This document shows positions 43,349 to 43,842 of a DNA stretch of 43,842 nt, piece after piece. A program made the translations under genes and the position numbers. Source of the stretch: a virus (lineage: Duplodnaviria; Caudoviricetes); IMG/VR virus record IMGVR_UViG_3300037422_000119, positions 1-43,842 of that record; one strand, 5' to 3'. Position 1 is the stretch's first letter. Each line of letters begins with the position of its first letter. The notes under the pieces were generated by a model, which searched no databases, had not been told where the DNA came from, and was given only the letters and a program-made list of their open reading frames with translations.

Positions 43349-43842
43349 CGAAAGCGATCTTGGTGCTCGAGCGCGGCCTATGGCGGCATGTTTCGTTTGT
43401 TGCAGAACCGCCAGCGATCTTATCGGTGCCGATCGTGCCTGAAGTCGTGGTGACGAACGACGCCGACTTGTGGTCGCTTTATCCTTCGCGGCGTCGGCGC
43501 GTGTATGTTCGTTCAAACGGCACCGATCGTCGCGTGGCGCATTATCGCTGGTCGGAAGATGTTGGATTTGCGGTCGATACGGATCGCGCGATTCCGATGC
43601 GGGGCTTGAGGCGGATCGTCGAGCCGGACCTACACAAGGCCCCGCAACCTCGGGGGATCATTTATCGATCCCTTTGCGGGTGCGTGGCTCGCATGAAGTT
43701 GCCGATGACGGGAGCGTGGTCGCCCCGATTCGGACGAAGCTGGACGATGGATCACGATTTGAGCGCAATCGCTTACGAGAACGGGGAGGTCGTCTTGGTG
43801 GAATCAATCAAGCAGAACGTTGTGAAGCCCGGGGATGGTCGT
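43345..43842 (+). CDS. 3'-truncated hypothetical protein
   Basis: ATGA overlap with Gp157-like stop; frame open for 166 codons to the window end. Confidence 0.55.
   Translation, partial: MTKAILVLERGLWRHVSFVAEPPAILSVPIVPEVVVTNDADLWSLYPSRRRRVYVRSNGTDRRVAHYRWSEDVGFAVDTDRAIPMRGLRRIVEPDLHKAPQPRGIIYRSLCGCVARMKLPMTGAWSPRFGRSWTMDHDLSAIAYENGEVVLVESIKQNVVKPGDGR

Noticed and set aside
43345-43842. Last ORF would continue in frame into base 1 if the window were circular
   Set aside because: One-in-three coincidence; no terminal repeat seen, the two parts look unrelated and replication genes are missing
1-43842. Alternative genetic code
   Set aside because: Core genes are full length under the standard code and end in all three stop codons

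Overview
GC-rich, densely coding segment of a tailed dsDNA phage (long non-contractile tail, siphovirus-type layout), apparently a linear, incomplete genome: both ends cut ORFs and no integrase, repressor, polymerase or replication initiator is recognisable. Plus strand: probable TerS C-terminus, about 6.5 kb of accessory genes (beta-helix protein, frameshifted DNA methyltransferase, PD-(D/E)XK-like nuclease, outer-membrane beta-barrel, remnant 7-deazaguanine DNA-modification cluster, SLOG protein), TerL, portal-MuF fusion, protease, HK97-fold capsid, neck and tail genes, tape measure, tail tip, two paralogous tail-fibre cassettes and an amidase lysis cassette. Minus strand 34.9-41.5 kb: early operon (RadC/JAB, DUF3560-like, MoxR AAA+, Cas2/VapD-like protein, vWA protein). 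It diverges from a plus-strand recombination module (ssDNA-annealing-like protein, Gp157-like protein). Most notable: (1) a DpdL-like gene followed by an in-frame glycosyltransferase-N/FolE-C chimera, i.e. a collapsed and possibly glycosylating deazaguanine pathway; (2) a MoxR + Cas2-like + vWA trio whose vWA protein lacks its HExxH motif; (3) several multibranch intergenic RNA-like structures whose closing stems abut start codons, one of which is a 144-nt in-frame interruption. All family calls come from motif recognition by eye; no searches or folding programs were run.
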